From positions 1,121,887 through 1,185,886 of the forward strand of contig OZ246394.1 of assembly GCA_965230895.1 (NCBI GenBank): a stretch of DNA of 64,000 nt, read 5' to 3'. The notes under the pieces were generated by a model, which did not search any database, was not told where the DNA came from, and worked only from the letters and a program-made list of their open reading frames with translations. Shown here one piece after another: positions 8,653-18,967 of this stretch (position 1 is its first letter; each line of letters starts with the position of its first letter). This stretch comes from an uncultured Gammaproteobacteria bacterium. GTDB taxonomy: Bacteria; Patescibacteriota; Microgenomatia; Levybacterales; UBA12049. The translations under genes and the position numbers were made by a program.

Positions 8653-9585
8653 TTATACGTTTACGTTTAAACTAATTCCTTTTTCTCCAAGTTTTTCTTC
8701 GATAACTGAGATGGATTTACCACCCATGTTTCGCATGGAGACTAAGTCTTTTCGTGGAGTACTCAACAATTGTTCAATTGTTTCGATTCCACCATTTCGA
8801 AGACTATTGTAAATTCTTGTTGGAAGATCTAATTCGTCAATTGTCATCTTCAATAAATTCTGTGGAATTGAAGAAGTAACAACTGGACTTTCTGCTACTG
8901 CTGCTGATTCTTTTGGTTCATAAATCTGTTGGAAGTATGAAGTCAAAAGCTTAGCTGCTTGCATAAGTGAATCTTTTGGATCAACTGTACCGTTTGTCCA
9001 GATCTTAAGAGTTACTTTATCAAGATCAGTTCGGCGACCAACACGTGTTGCTGCAACTTGGTAAGTTACTCTTCGTACTGGAGTGTATACAGCATCAGTT
9101 GTCATAACACCAAGAGCTGTTGAGCGTCGTTCTTCAGCGAGTGAGAAACCAAAGCCTTTTTCAACTGTAAGTTCCATTTCAAGTTTTGCTTTATCTCCTG
9201 AGAGTGAACCGATGTATTGATCTTTGTCAACAACTTCAACTCCATCAGTTGCTTCAAGGTCAGCTGCTGTAACTTTCTTTGGACCTTTAACTGAAAGTTT
9301 TACAGTTGCACTGTCTCGGCCTTCAGCAAGCTTTAAGTTAAGTTCTTTAACATTAAGGAGAAGATCTACGATATTTTCCTTCAAACCAGCGAGTGTTGAG
9401 AACTTGTGTTTAACACCTGTGATTCGAACTGATGTAACAGCTGCACCTGGGATTGAAGTGTAGAGAACTCTTCTCAACGCATTTCCCATTGTGTGACCAT
9501 AACCTGGTTCGAGTGGTTCGATAACAAATTCTCCAAAATCTGGAGCGGTTGTAATTTCTTTAACTTTAAAATTGAATTCTTCCAT
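8653..9585 (-). CDS. rpoA: DNA-directed RNA polymerase subunit alpha
   Basis: N-terminal domain GYGHTMGNALRRVLYTSIPGAAVTSVRITGVKHKFSTLAG, and a C-terminal domain with the helix-hairpin-helix region (IDELDLPTRIYNSLRNGGIETIEQL). Confidence 0.95.
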   Translation of the reverse strand: MEEFNFKVKEITTAPDFGEFVIEPLEPGYGHTMGNALRRVLYTSIPGAAVTSVRITGVKHKFSTLAGLKENIVDLLLNVKELNLKLAEGRDSATVKLSVKGPKKVTAADLEATDGVEVVDKDQYIGSLSGDKAKLEMELTVEKGFGFSLAEERRSTALGVMTTDAVYTPVRRVTYQVAATRVGRRTDLDKVTLKIWTNGTVDPKDSLMQAAKLLTSYFQQIYEPKESAAVAESPVVTSSIPQNLLKMTIDELDLPTRIYNSLRNGGIETIEQLLSTPRKDLVSMRNMGGKSISVIEEKLGEKGISLNVNV

Positions 9586-9689
9586 ATATTTTTTTTAGAA
9601 TTTAATCTAGATGTGTATAATACCCTATAAAGTCGTTTTTGACAATAGGCAATAGCTCATCTTTGATGAGTCTATTGAGTATTATACCA

Positions 9690-10292
9690 CTATCGAGAAT
9701 AATATTCAATAATCTGTCTTGTACTAAAAGGAACCTGAATATCCTCTGCTACTGGCATACGAACTAACTTGCCCGCAGGACCTTTTTGCTCGAGGAACCC
9801 CATAGTTTCTTTTTTCTCTTCTAATACTTTAATAACGTCTGGATTCTTTTGAATCTTTTCGTCCAAAGCGATAACATCTCCAACCTTCACTGTGTAAGAT
9901 GGGATAGTCATTTTCTTTCCATTAACCAAAACGTGTCCGTGAGTAACAAATTGTCGTGACATCATACGTGACTTTGTAAGTCCGAGTCTATAAACAACAT
10001 TGTCGAGTCTTCTTTCCAAAAGTGAGAGCAAGAGTTCTTCTGTATCTCCTTTTTGTGTAGATGCTAAATCAACAATCTTTCGAAACTGCTTTTCGAGAAG
10101 TCCATAAGTTACCTTAGCTTTTTGTTTCTCACGAAGCTGTTGACCAAAATCAGATGGTCTTCTTTTTCCTTTTTTACCATGTACCCCTGGTGGTACATTG
10201 AGACGACGCATCAAACTTGCTGATGTTTTTTCTAAAAGGTTTACACCTTCTCGTCGTACTAATTTATGTTTTGGTCCTGTATATCTTGCCAT
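9690..10292 (-). CDS. rpsD: 30S ribosomal protein S4
   Basis: MARYTGPKHKLVRREG... S4 N-terminus and S4 domain. Confidence 0.93.
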   Translation of the reverse strand: MARYTGPKHKLVRREGVNLLEKTSASLMRRLNVPPGVHGKKGKRRPSDFGQQLREKQKAKVTYGLLEKQFRKIVDLASTQKGDTEELLLSLLERRLDNVVYRLGLTKSRMMSRQFVTHGHVLVNGKKMTIPSYTVKVGDVIALDEKIQKNPDVIKVLEEKKETMGFLEQKGPAGKLVRMPVAEDIQVPFSTRQIIEYYSR

Positions 10293-10297
10293 AATGT

Positions 10298-10705
10298 TTA
10301 AACTCTTCTCTTCTTCTTAGATCGTGGGCCGTTGTGCGGCATTGGTGTTACATCAGAAATTGATGTAATGACCGGTCCTGCACTTTTAATACCTCTGAGT
10401 GATGAATCTCGTCCAGCTCCTGGGCCTTTAACGAACACATCAACTGACTTCATACCTTGCTCAACAATTCTCTTAACAGCTTCTTCAACTGCAATACTTG
10501 CAGCATATGGAGTTGATTTACGAGTACCCTTAAATCCTCGTGATCCTGATGAACTCCATCCAAGTGCATCACCTTTGTCATTTGTGACAGTAACTAATGT
10601 GTTATTGAATGTAGCTGTGATGTAAACACGTCCGTGTTCAGTTACAGGTGCTCCACCCTTTTTCTTTGCTTTTGTTGTTACTTTTTTTACTGGTTTCTTT
10701 GCCAT
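10298..10705 (-). CDS. rpsK: 30S ribosomal protein S11
   Basis: S11 core (GRVYITATFNNTLVTVTNDKGDALGWSSSG...RDSSLRGI) with a Lys-rich N-terminal tail. Confidence 0.93.
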   Translation of the reverse strand: MAKKPVKKVTTKAKKKGGAPVTEHGRVYITATFNNTLVTVTNDKGDALGWSSSGSRGFKGTRKSTPYAASIAVEEAVKRIVEQGMKSVDVFVKGPGAGRDSSLRGIKSAGPVITSISDVTPMPHNGPRSKKKRRV

Positions 10706-10722
10706 ATATTACTTTCTAAGGC

Positions 10723-11130
10723 TTATTTACCTTTTGCCTTTGCGGCTGCTTCCATCTTTGCCATTACTTCTTTCTTAATAGCTCCGATAGTTACACGCTT
10801 TCCTCTCTTTGTACGAGCATTTGATCGTGTTCTCTGCCCTCGTGATGGTAAACCTGCTGTATGTCTCTTACCTCGGTAAGATCCGATATCTCGAAGACGT
10901 CGTACATTTGCTGCAATATCTGCTTTAAGGTCTCCTTCGATTTTAATCTTTTCCAATACCTTTGTTAGTCGCTTAATCTCATCTTCGGTAAGATCTTTTG
11001 CCCGTTTTTCTCCGTCTACTTCAGCTTGTTTAAGAATTTCTTTAACATTACTTGGACCAACACCATAAATATATGGTAATGCATAATTTACTTTTTTTTC
11101 ATCTGGTATTGTAACTCCAACTACTCGCAT
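10723..11130 (-). CDS. rpsM: 30S ribosomal protein S13
   Basis: MRVVGVTIPDEKKVNYALPYIYGVGPSN... S13. Confidence 0.93.
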   Translation of the reverse strand: MRVVGVTIPDEKKVNYALPYIYGVGPSNVKEILKQAEVDGEKRAKDLTEDEIKRLTKVLEKIKIEGDLKADIAANVRRLRDIGSYRGKRHTAGLPSRGQRTRSNARTKRGKRVTIGAIKKEVMAKMEAAAKAKGK

Positions 11131-11133
11131 ATA

Positions 11134-11247
11134 TTATCCTTGTCTTTGTTTATGTCGTGCGTTTTCGCACACAACACGAATAACGCCTCGGCGTTTAATA
11201 ATTTTACATTTTAGACATCGCTTTTTGACACTTGCTTGTACTTTCAT
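11134..11247 (-). CDS. rpmJ: 50S ribosomal protein L36 (37 aa, zinc-binding type)
   Basis: Not in the ORF track because it is under 60 aa. My own translation of the minus strand gives [37 protein letters not shown] with a C-x2-C...C-x4-H motif. It sits between infA and rpsM, as expected. Confidence 0.9.
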   Translation of the reverse strand: MKVQASVKKRCLKCKIIKRRGVIRVVCENARHKQRQG

Positions 11248-11259
11248 AATTCATTTCCT

Positions 11260-11478
11260 TTATCTGTACCGATACATTATCCTGCCTCGCTCAAGATCAT
11301 ATGGAGTCATTTCGATTCTGACTTTATCTCCCGGTAAAATTTTAATAAAATGCATACGCATTTTTCCGGAGAGATGACAGAGAACGAGTGAGCCATCTTC
11401 TAGTTCGACACGAAACAATGTATTGGGCAGCGCTTCTCTCACGACGCCATCTTTTTCAAAAGATCCTTGGTGAGCCAT
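11260..11478 (-). CDS. infA: Translation initiation factor IF-1
   Basis: S1-like OB fold: [57 protein letters not shown]. The start is placed at the internal ATG at 11478. Confidence 0.9.
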   Translation of the reverse strand: MAHQGSFEKDGVVREALPNTLFRVELEDGSLVLCHLSGKMRMHFIKILPGDKVRIEMTPYDLERGRIMYRYR

Positions 11479-11617
11479 TTGTGCATTATAACAAAGCAGG
11501 CTCAAAAGAGCAACAATGAGAAGAGCATCTTAGGCACCAAATATTTCAGTTGTCCCAAAACCGCTTTTTAAGCATATTTTGATTCAGCTGAAATGCGTGG
11601 TGCTTTCGATACGCTTC

Positions 11618-12370
11618 TTAAACTGTCAGCATCAGTGGGCCGTCTTTTGTAATAGCGATTGTGCGCTCGTACAGTCCTGCTATTTTACCATCTGCTGTAC
11701 GAATCGTCCAGTGATCATTATCAAGCATAACCTCAGGTGTACCCATATTATAGATAATCTCAACAGCAATAGTCATACCTTCACGAAGCTTCGGTGTCTT
11801 TTCAATCTTACCATGAAGATATCCTGGAACCTCTGGTTCTTCATGTAATTCTTTACCCACACCATGACCGATCAAACTTCGAACGATACTGTAGCCGCTT
11901 TGTTTTTCTACGATATCTTGAATCGTTTTAGAGATATGTCCGATATTGTTGCCAATTACAGCTTGCGCTATCGCTTCATCAAGAGCGGTCTTACCAATCG
12001 ATAAAAATTTCTGAGCTTCTTTACTTCCAGCTCCAACAATTGTTGAATCACTCATGTCAGTATGAAACCCTTCGTAGAAGACTCCACAGTCCACACCAAC
12101 GACGTCACCTTCTTTAAATGCATAATCTGTCGGAATTCCATGAACAACAACGTCATTGGTCGACATACAGATTGTATAGTCGTATCCTTCGACTTTCATA
12201 AATCCAGGCTCTCCACCCAATTCACGGATCCTTCGTTCTGCTAATCGATCTAAATCTAATTCGGTTACACCTGGTTTTACCGCAGCCATAACTTCGCCAA
12301 GAACTGTGGCGAGGATGTGGCCTCCATGTTGCATAATTTTAATTTCTTCTGGTGATTTTATATGTATCAT
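11618..12370 (-). CDS. map: Methionine aminopeptidase type I
   Basis: MetAP pita-bread fold motifs are present (HGIP, FKEGDVVGVDCG, metal ligands D/D/H/E/E), 250 aa. Confidence 0.92.
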   Translation of the reverse strand: MIHIKSPEEIKIMQHGGHILATVLGEVMAAVKPGVTELDLDRLAERRIRELGGEPGFMKVEGYDYTICMSTNDVVVHGIPTDYAFKEGDVVGVDCGVFYEGFHTDMSDSTIVGAGSKEAQKFLSIGKTALDEAIAQAVIGNNIGHISKTIQDIVEKQSGYSIVRSLIGHGVGKELHEEPEVPGYLHGKIEKTPKLREGMTIAVEIIYNMGTPEVMLDNDHWTIRTADGKIAGLYERTIAITKDGPLMLTV

Positions 12371-13056
12371 AATAAGTTTTTTCTTTTTAATTCATTTTTA
12401 ATTGATGCAAGCGTATCTGCTTCATCCATTTCAGAATCATCTAGGATAAAGTATCCAAGCTTCTCTGGATCTTTTGCGAGAGGATCCATTGCTCTATTTT
12501 GGTCCCGCTCATCTCTTTCCCGGACATCTGCAAGTACTGTGGCAAAATCTATGGTATCACCCTGCTCAGTATATTGCTTTAATCTCCTCTTTGCACGAAC
12601 TTCATCTGTCGCAGTGAGAAAGACACGTAATGCAGCATTCGGAAAAACGACAGTTGCTGTATCTCGTCCTTCGATTACAACAATATGACCCTGATTAACC
12701 ATATCTTCTGCAACGCTTCTTTGCAAAAGCACTAATTGTTTTCTTACCTCTGGAAGTGATGCAACAACAGAAGATCCATTTGCTGCATCTGGTTCTTTAA
12801 TTCTATCGGTAACATCTTCTCCATTGAGGAAAATCTGCTTCTCTCTGAACTCTATTTTAACATCCTTTAAAAGACTGATCACTTCCTGAGCGTTATGCAG
12901 GTCAATGCCCTTCTTAATCCCAGCTAATGCAACTGCTCTATACGTTCCTCCTGTGTAGAGATAAAAGCCCTGCAAATCGTCCGCAAGCTTTGAAGCAACT
13001 GTCCCTTTCCCGGCAGCAACCGGCCCATCGATAGCAATTACAAATCCTTTTGACAT
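12367..13056 (-). CDS. cmk: Cytidylate kinase
   Basis: IAIDGPVAAGKGT P-loop, GRD...VVFP, and a general match to Cmk architecture (recalled E. coli Cmk aligns along its length). Confidence 0.85.
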   Translation of the reverse strand: MSKGFVIAIDGPVAAGKGTVASKLADDLQGFYLYTGGTYRAVALAGIKKGIDLHNAQEVISLLKDVKIEFREKQIFLNGEDVTDRIKEPDAANGSSVVASLPEVRKQLVLLQRSVAEDMVNQGHIVVIEGRDTATVVFPNAALRVFLTATDEVRAKRRLKQYTEQGDTIDFATVLADVRERDERDQNRAMDPLAKDPEKLGYFILDDSEMDEADTLASIKNELKRKNLL

Positions 13057-13057
13057 A

Positions 13058-13606
13058 TCATATTACCTTTAACTTTTTTAATATCTCTTTATTAATGTCC
13101 GGAATTTTCTGTTCACCATTGATGGTGACAAGCTTGCGCTTCTTTTTGTAGTATTCTAGCACAGGCCTGGTGAAATTATGGAATAATTCAATTCGCTTTC
13201 TAATTGCACGCAATGTGTCATCCTCTCGCTCATTTCCTTCTTCTCCACGATATGATAGCCTCCATAAAGCTTCTTTATCAGATACTTCCAGATATATTAC
13301 TTTATCGATACCATTTCCGAATTCTTCAGCCTGCTTCGCAGTACGAGGGAAACCATCTAAGATGTATCCCTTTTTATATTCTTTTCGGGAAAGATATTCA
13401 GAAACAATTTCCAGAACTTTATCATCGGAGATAAGATATCCAGCATTCATTGTTTCTTTGATATAACGGCCAAGCGGAGTTCGTTCTTTAGCAAGTTCCC
13501 GAAAAATATGTCCGGTTGAGAGGTATGGTATTTTTAATTTTTTTTTAAGTAAGTTTCCTTGTGTTGATTTCCCAGCACCCTGGATCCCGATTATAATTAG
13601 TTTCAT
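13058..13606 (-). CDS. adk: Adenylate kinase (short form, no zinc-lid cysteines)
   Basis: [17 protein letters not shown]-loop, and LSTGHIFRE (NMP-binding). Confidence 0.88.
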   Translation of the reverse strand: MKLIIIGIQGAGKSTQGNLLKKKLKIPYLSTGHIFRELAKERTPLGRYIKETMNAGYLISDDKVLEIVSEYLSRKEYKKGYILDGFPRTAKQAEEFGNGIDKVIYLEVSDKEALWRLSYRGEEGNEREDDTLRAIRKRIELFHNFTRPVLEYYKKKRKLVTINGEQKIPDINKEILKKLKVI

Positions 13607-14895
13607 TATTTATTCAAAAACCCTTCGTAGTTTCTCATCACCAAATTTGCTTCAATTGCCTTGAATGTTTCAAGTACAACTGAGACCACAATCAAAATAC
13701 TTGCGCCTCCAAGAAGGAGAGTTTGCAGACCGGTAAGCACTCGGCCAATCTCTGGCAAAATTGCGACAAACCCCAAGAAACAAGCTCCGACCAAGGTAAT
13801 TCTCGTAAGAATATAATTCAAATATTTTGTCGTTGGCTGGCCTGGACGAACACCAGGTATAAAGCCTCCATACTTTTGAATATCTTCTGAAATCTTTTTC
13901 GGGTTGAAGACAACTGCTGTATAAAAGAATGTAAAGGCAACAACCAATAAGAAATAGAACGCATTGTAGAGGAATCCTGTCGGAGCAAACCAGATATTAA
14001 TCCATTGCGCCATACCTCGAAGCGCTCCATTATCTGATGTCGCGAAAACACTTGCAAGTAATGATGGCAGCAAAACGATAGACACAGCAAAGATGATCGG
14101 GATAACACCAGCCTGATTAAGGCGAAGTGGAAGGTGTGTTGATTGGCCACCATACATTTTATTACCACGCATACGCTTTGCATAATGGACCGGAATTTGT
14201 CTTGTCGCTTCGTTCACAACGATGATACCGATAATGACCAATAAACTCATTACCGTGAAGCCTAATAGACTTAAGCTTGCTTGTGTATCTGCAGTCGAGA
14301 AGGTCTGTCCAATTAAGACAGGTAATTGGCCTACGATACCTGCGACAATCAAGAGTGAGATACCATTTCCAATACCCCGATCAGTTATCAATTCTCCCAA
14401 CCAAACAAGCAGCATTGAACCTGCAACTAAGGTAAAGATAAATGCTACGAAATCCAATGGAGCAAGGCTCACAACCAAACCCTGACTCTTTAACAATGCA
14501 TAGACACCAATCGCCTGGAGTACCGCTAAAGGCACCGTAAGGAATCTTGTGTACTGATTTATTTTTCGACGCCCAGAATCGCCTTCTTTGGACAACTCTT
14601 CAAGTTTTGGAAAGACCATGGTAAGAAGCTGTAAAATGATGGATGCATTAATGTATGGATTAAGGCCTAAAGCCATGACAGAGAAATTAGCAAGCGTACC
14701 CCCAGAAAAGACATTGAGGAATCCTAAAAATTGGTTGTTCGCAAAGATATTCTTAAGTTGAGCTACATCAACTCCGGCAACTGGAACATGTGCTAGGAAA
14801 CGAAACACCAAGAAAATAAAAAGGATAAAGAGAATTTTGTTGCGTAATTCCGGCGATTTAAAACTATTACGGAGAGTATCAAATATACTATTCAT
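13606..14895 (-). CDS. secY: Preprotein translocase subunit SecY
   Basis: 429 aa, about 10 TM segments, in its canonical position after rplO. Confidence 0.93.
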   Translation of the reverse strand: MNSIFDTLRNSFKSPELRNKILFILFIFLVFRFLAHVPVAGVDVAQLKNIFANNQFLGFLNVFSGGTLANFSVMALGLNPYINASIILQLLTMVFPKLEELSKEGDSGRRKINQYTRFLTVPLAVLQAIGVYALLKSQGLVVSLAPLDFVAFIFTLVAGSMLLVWLGELITDRGIGNGISLLIVAGIVGQLPVLIGQTFSTADTQASLSLLGFTVMSLLVIIGIIVVNEATRQIPVHYAKRMRGNKMYGGQSTHLPLRLNQAGVIPIIFAVSIVLLPSLLASVFATSDNGALRGMAQWINIWFAPTGFLYNAFYFLLVVAFTFFYTAVVFNPKKISEDIQKYGGFIPGVRPGQPTTKYLNYILTRITLVGACFLGFVAILPEIGRVLTGLQTLLLGGASILIVVSVVLETFKAIEANLVMRNYEGFLNK

Positions 14896-14968
14896 GTTCT
14901 TTTTAGTATGCTGTATGGGATTTTTCTATACAGGAGCTCTAGTATATCAAATCCTTGCAAGCGATATA

Positions 14969-15412
14969 CTAAACACTTTCGACCGATCCCCCGGCCTTTT
15001 GAATCTTTTCTGCTGCGTTCTTAGAAACTGGTAATTTAACTGTCAATGCAACATCAAGTGTACCATTTCCAAGGATTTTGATCTTTCGGTGTTTCCCAAG
15101 TTCATCTCTAACTAATCCTTGTTTTGTAAGTGATGCGACATCCACAACTGCACCTTTTGCAAAAACATTCAATGCATCAACATTAAGAATATATGCTTTT
15201 TCTTGCAATGAAGCGTTTCGACTTTTACCTCGAAGGAATGGCAAACGCTTTGTCAAAGGTAATGCTCCACCTTCAAATCGAAGTGGAACACTATTTCGAG
15301 CTTTTTGCCCTTTTTGTCCTCGTCCTGAAGTTTTACCACGACCTGATCCGTGCCCCAAACCTACACGTTTTTTACTTTTTGATTTTATCTGCTTTAATTC
15401 TGTTAAGTTCAT
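14969..15412 (-). CDS. rplO: 50S ribosomal protein L15
   Basis: GLGHGSGRGKTSGRGQKGQKAR Gly/Arg-rich L15 N-terminus. Confidence 0.93.
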   Translation of the reverse strand: MNLTELKQIKSKSKKRVGLGHGSGRGKTSGRGQKGQKARNSVPLRFEGGALPLTKRLPFLRGKSRNASLQEKAYILNVDALNVFAKGAVVDVASLTKQGLVRDELGKHRKIKILGNGTLDVALTVKLPVSKNAAEKIQKAGGSVESV

Positions 15413-15414
15413 AA

Positions 15415-15942
15415 TTAACCTTTCTTAACGACAGCTACTCGATCTTTTTCTTTTGCAACCTGCTCACTGACTTTTCTCAATGCTTCAAGTGTCGCATAGA
15501 TATTACTAATCTTATTTGTTGTTCCAAGCATCTTTGAAGAGATATTTTGGATACCTGCTGCTGATACAACACTTCGAACAGCTCCACCTGCGATAATACC
15601 ACTTCCTGGAGGTGCTGGCTTTAGCATAATCTTTGCTGCACCAATCTTCACATCGATTCTGATAGGGATGGTACCTTCGACCAATGGGATTTCGATTAAA
15701 CCTTTCTTTGCTTTACTAATACCTTTTCGGATAGCACTTGAGACATCTGGAGCTTTACCTAAACCTACTCCAACTCGACCTTTTTTATCACCAACAACTG
15801 TAAGCGCTGAGAATCCAACTTTATTTCCACCTTTTGTTTTCTTTGAAACACGGTTAATTTGTACAACATTCTCTTCAAATTCACTCGGAGTTTGATTAAA
15901 TTGTCTTCTTTGATTGTTATTTTGATTTTGATTAAATGCCAT
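15415..15942 (-). CDS. rpsE: 30S ribosomal protein S5 (Asn/Gln-rich N-terminal tail)
   Basis: S5 dsRBD and C-terminal domains (VVQINRVSKKTKGGNKVGFSALTVVGDKKGRVGVGLGKA). It is directly followed by rplO with a 2-nt gap, so there is no room for rpmD (L30). Confidence 0.93.
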   Translation of the reverse strand: MAFNQNQNNNQRRQFNQTPSEFEENVVQINRVSKKTKGGNKVGFSALTVVGDKKGRVGVGLGKAPDVSSAIRKGISKAKKGLIEIPLVEGTIPIRIDVKIGAAKIMLKPAPPGSGIIAGGAVRSVVSAAGIQNISSKMLGTTNKISNIYATLEALRKVSEQVAKEKDRVAVVKKG

Positions 15943-16277
15943 TAGAGTGAAAGACCCCCTTCTCGTGCGCCTTCAGCGACAGCTTTAACGCGACCATGAT
16001 ATGCAAATCGACCTTTGTCGAATGCTACTTCTTTGATTTTCTTCGCAAGCGCTAATTTAGCAATTTCAGCACCAACCAACTTTGCTCGTTCAATTGGTGT
16101 ACCTTTTGCTTTTAATGCCTTTTCAGAAATTCCTACAATTGTATCACCAGATGTGTTGATTACTTGAGCATACACATATGCATTTGATCGAAAGACACTA
16201 AGTCGTGGCCGATCACTAACACTTGCTGCTTTTTTTCTGATTCTTGTTTGTCGTTGTTTATTTCTTGCTGTGTTCAT
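15942..16277 (-). CDS. rplR: 50S ribosomal protein L18
   Basis: RLSVFRSNAYVYAQVINTSGDTIVGISE... L18. Confidence 0.92.
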   Translation of the reverse strand: MNTARNKQRQTRIRKKAASVSDRPRLSVFRSNAYVYAQVINTSGDTIVGISEKALKAKGTPIERAKLVGAEIAKLALAKKIKEVAFDKGRFAYHGRVKAVAEGAREGGLSL

Positions 16278-16280
16278 AGC

Positions 16281-16829
16281 TTATTTACCTGCAGCCTTTG
16301 CTGCTTTTCCAGCCTTTCTTCTGATTCTTTCTCCCTTATATTTTATACCTTTTCCTTTATAAGGCTCTGGTGGTTTTGCTGCTCTAATTTCAGCTGCAAT
16401 CTCACCAACTTGTACTTTATCACTTCCTGCAACAGAAATGACATTATCAGTAACTGAAAGTGCAATTCCTGTAACTGGCTTAAACTTTACCGGATGAGCA
16501 AAACCAAGTGACAGTACCAAATCAGTTCCCTGCATGTTCGCTCTATAACCAACTCCAACGATTTCTAATTGCTTTTCAAAACCTGTATCAACACCCTTAA
16601 TTAAGTTTGCTAAGTTTGCGCGTGTCAAACCGTACATTGCCCGAACCTTTCGATCTTCTTGATCATCAACAGTAAGGATAACTTTTCCTTCTTCTTGTGC
16701 AACTTTAACACCTGCAGGAATTGTCATAGACATTGTTCCTTTTGGACCGGTTACAGTTGCTTCAGAACCCTGAACTTGTACAGCAACATTGCTACCCAAT
16801 GTAATTGGTAATTTACCGATCTTAGACAT
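16281..16829 (-). CDS. rplF: 50S ribosomal protein L6
   Basis: MSKIGKLPITLGSNVAVQVQGSEATVTGPKG... The start is placed at the internal ATG at 16829, because the track ORF runs 41 codons further into rpsH. Confidence 0.9.
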   Translation of the reverse strand: MSKIGKLPITLGSNVAVQVQGSEATVTGPKGTMSMTIPAGVKVAQEEGKVILTVDDQEDRKVRAMYGLTRANLANLIKGVDTGFEKQLEIVGVGYRANMQGTDLVLSLGFAHPVKFKPVTGIALSVTDNVISVAGSDKVQVGEIAAEIRAAKPPEPYKGKGIKYKGERIRRKAGKAAKAAGK

Positions 16830-16833
16830 ATCT

Positions 16834-17223
16834 TTACCAAATTTGGAAAAGTAATTCTCCTCCAACTCCTTTCTTGATAGCGTCTTTTCCGGTAAGCACT
16901 CCAACGTTTGTTGAAATAACTGCTGTTGTTGCACGTCCTTGCTTTCGAGCAATTTCAGTTGGCTTTACATATGTTCTTAATGATGGCTTTGAAACCAAAT
17001 GAACATCAGTAATAGCAGGCTTTCTCTTCTGATACCGAAGAGCAATTGAAAGCATTCTATGTCCATCAACTGTTTCTTCTTTTACTTCATCCAAGAATCC
17101 TTCTTTTTTCAACACCTGTGCAACAGCCTTACTAAGGTTTGCATATGGTGTTACGATCACTTTCTTGTGGGCAAGTGATGCGTTCTTAAGTTGAATAACA
17201 AAATCTCCAATAACGTAATTCAT
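16834..17223 (-). CDS. rpsH: 30S ribosomal protein S8
   Basis: S8 family, 129 aa, in its canonical position. Confidence 0.92.
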   Translation of the reverse strand: MNYVIGDFVIQLKNASLAHKKVIVTPYANLSKAVAQVLKKEGFLDEVKEETVDGHRMLSIALRYQKRKPAITDVHLVSKPSLRTYVKPTEIARKQGRATTAVISTNVGVLTGKDAIKKGVGGELLFQIW

Positions 17224-17231
17224 AGTTTAAT

Positions 17232-17417
17232 TTACCAAGAAGCTTTATAAACTCCTGGAAGTACTCCTTTCATTGCTTGTTCTCGGAAACAAATTCTGCA
17301 CAAACCGAATCTTCGGATGTACGCTTTGTCTCTTCCACAGATTCCACATCGGTTTACCAACCGAGTTGGGAACTTCTGTTTTTTCTGCATTTTTACAACG
17401 TTTGATGTTTTAGCCAT
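17232..17417 (-). CDS. rpsN: 30S ribosomal protein S14 type Z (zinc-binding)
   Basis: 61 aa, with the [20 protein letters not shown] zinc motif. Confidence 0.93.
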   Translation of the reverse strand: MAKTSNVVKMQKKQKFPTRLVNRCGICGRDKAYIRRFGLCRICFREQAMKGVLPGVYKASW

Positions 17418-17464
17418 AGTTTTACTTCTTTCGAGCCTAGTGATTATATCACAAGTTCAGACTC

Positions 17465-18016
17465 TTAGCTTTTTGCCTCCTTTGCAAAAGGCATTCCCAA
17501 TGCTTCAAGTAACTTAAAGCCGTGGTCATTTTGTGTTGCTGTCGTTACAAATACCATTTCCATACCTTGAAGTCTTTCAACACTTGCTGGATCGATTTCA
17601 GGAAATGTTGAGTATTCATGGAATCCAAGTGTGTAGTTCCCTCGTCCATCAAAACTTGTTCGTGGAACTCCACGGAAATCTTTAATACGTGGTAAAACAA
17701 TTTTTACCAATCGATCATAGAATTCAAACATTCTGTTTCCTCGAAGTGTTACAACCAAACCGATTGTGTCACCCTGTCGGATTTTAAATCCAGCAATAGC
17801 TTTCTTTGCTCGAGTTGGTTTTGCTTTTTGACCTGTAACTTGACCCAACGCAACAGCCATCTTTTCGATAACCTTTTTGTCATTAATTGCGTCTTTTACA
17901 CCCATGTTAACAACAATCTTTGAAAGCTTTGGTATACCCATTGGATTTTTAATATTAAGATCTTTTTCCAACGCTGGTACTATTTCTTCGTTATATTTCT
18001 TTTGTAAATCTGTCAT
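17465..18016 (-). CDS. rplE: 50S ribosomal protein L5
   Basis: L5 family, 183 aa. Confidence 0.92.
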   Translation of the reverse strand: MTDLQKKYNEEIVPALEKDLNIKNPMGIPKLSKIVVNMGVKDAINDKKVIEKMAVALGQVTGQKAKPTRAKKAIAGFKIRQGDTIGLVVTLRGNRMFEFYDRLVKIVLPRIKDFRGVPRTSFDGRGNYTLGFHEYSTFPEIDPASVERLQGMEMVFVTTATQNDHGFKLLEALGMPFAKEAKS

Positions 18017-18027
18017 AATTTATTCCT

Positions 18028-18333
18028 CTATATTTCCGCTTGGCATTTCTTGCATACGCGAACCTTCTCATCTTTGAGCATCTTATATCCAACTCTTGTG
18101 AGTTTTTTACATTTCGGACAAATCAATTGCACGTTTGAAATTGCAACTGGCTTTGTAAGTGTGATGATTTCTGACTTTTGTCCTGGTGTTCGAGATTTCA
18201 AATGTCTCTTCACCTGGTTAATACCATCCACAACTACTTTTGCTTCTTTTGTAAAGACCTTTTGTACGGATCCTGTTTTACCGTTATCTTTACCTCGTAC
18301 TATACTGACTTGATCTCCTGTTTTTAATTTCAT
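18028..18333 (-). CDS. rplX: 50S ribosomal protein L24 with C-terminal Cys4 zinc-ribbon-like tail
   Basis: KOW domain MKLKTGDQVSIVRGKDNGKTGSV, followed by a C-terminus CPKCKK...VCKKCQ. Confidence 0.9.
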   Translation of the reverse strand: MKLKTGDQVSIVRGKDNGKTGSVQKVFTKEAKVVVDGINQVKRHLKSRTPGQKSEIITLTKPVAISNVQLICPKCKKLTRVGYKMLKDEKVRVCKKCQAEI

Positions 18334-18334
18334 A

Positions 18335-18709
18335 TTAAACTACCTCCACTGCCATACTGGCAATCTTTGTGAACCCTCTATCTCGGACTTCTCGGGCAAT
18401 AGGTCCAAAGATACGTGTTCCACGAACGTTTTTGTCTTTTGGATTATCGATAACAACAACTGCGTTATCAGAAAATCGCACATATGATCCATCTGGTCGT
18501 CGGAATTCTTTTCGAGTCCGGACAATTACAGCTTTAACCATTTCTGAGTCTTTCACTTGACCGTGTGGGATAGCTGTCTTTACGACGGCATTAACCACAT
18601 CGCCAATGCGACCGAACTTTCTTCGTGAGCCACCGAATATATGAATTACATATAGTTCTTTTGCTCCTGAATTATCTGCTGCTTTTACAATAGATCGTAA
18701 CTGTAACAT
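18335..18709 (-). CDS. rplN: 50S ribosomal protein L14
   Basis: [27 protein letters not shown]... L14. Confidence 0.93.
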   Translation of the reverse strand: MLQLRSIVKAADNSGAKELYVIHIFGGSRRKFGRIGDVVNAVVKTAIPHGQVKDSEMVKAVIVRTRKEFRRPDGSYVRFSDNAVVVIDNPKDKNVRGTRIFGPIAREVRDRGFTKIASMAVEVV

Positions 18710-18712
18710 ATT

Positions 18713-18952
18713 TTATTTATCCTTCTTTACTTCCTTTATTGCGAAGTACTTTGTTTTTGAAACTGGTTTCGTTTCAACAATTCGCACTTCATTACCAACT
18801 GCCACTTCCTGACCATTCAACGCTACATTAAATTTCTTTGTAACTTTCATAAGTTTTTTGTACAACGGATGAGGAACACGTCGTGAAACTTCAACCACTG
18901 CTGTATCTTTCATTTTTGTCGAAACTACTTTTCCTACTAATATCTTTGCCAT
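18713..18952 (-). CDS. rpsQ: 30S ribosomal protein S17
   Basis: 79 aa OB-fold protein, in its canonical position. Confidence 0.9.
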   Translation of the reverse strand: MAKILVGKVVSTKMKDTAVVEVSRRVPHPLYKKLMKVTKKFNVALNGQEVAVGNEVRIVETKPVSKTKYFAIKEVKKDK

Positions 18953-18967
18953 AATTCTTTTTAAACG

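Noticed and set aside
16830-16952. N-terminal 41-codon extension of the rplF track ORF.
   Set aside because: It overlaps the 3-prime end of rpsH. The L6 consensus begins at MSKIGKLPI (ATG 16829), directly after the rpsH stop.
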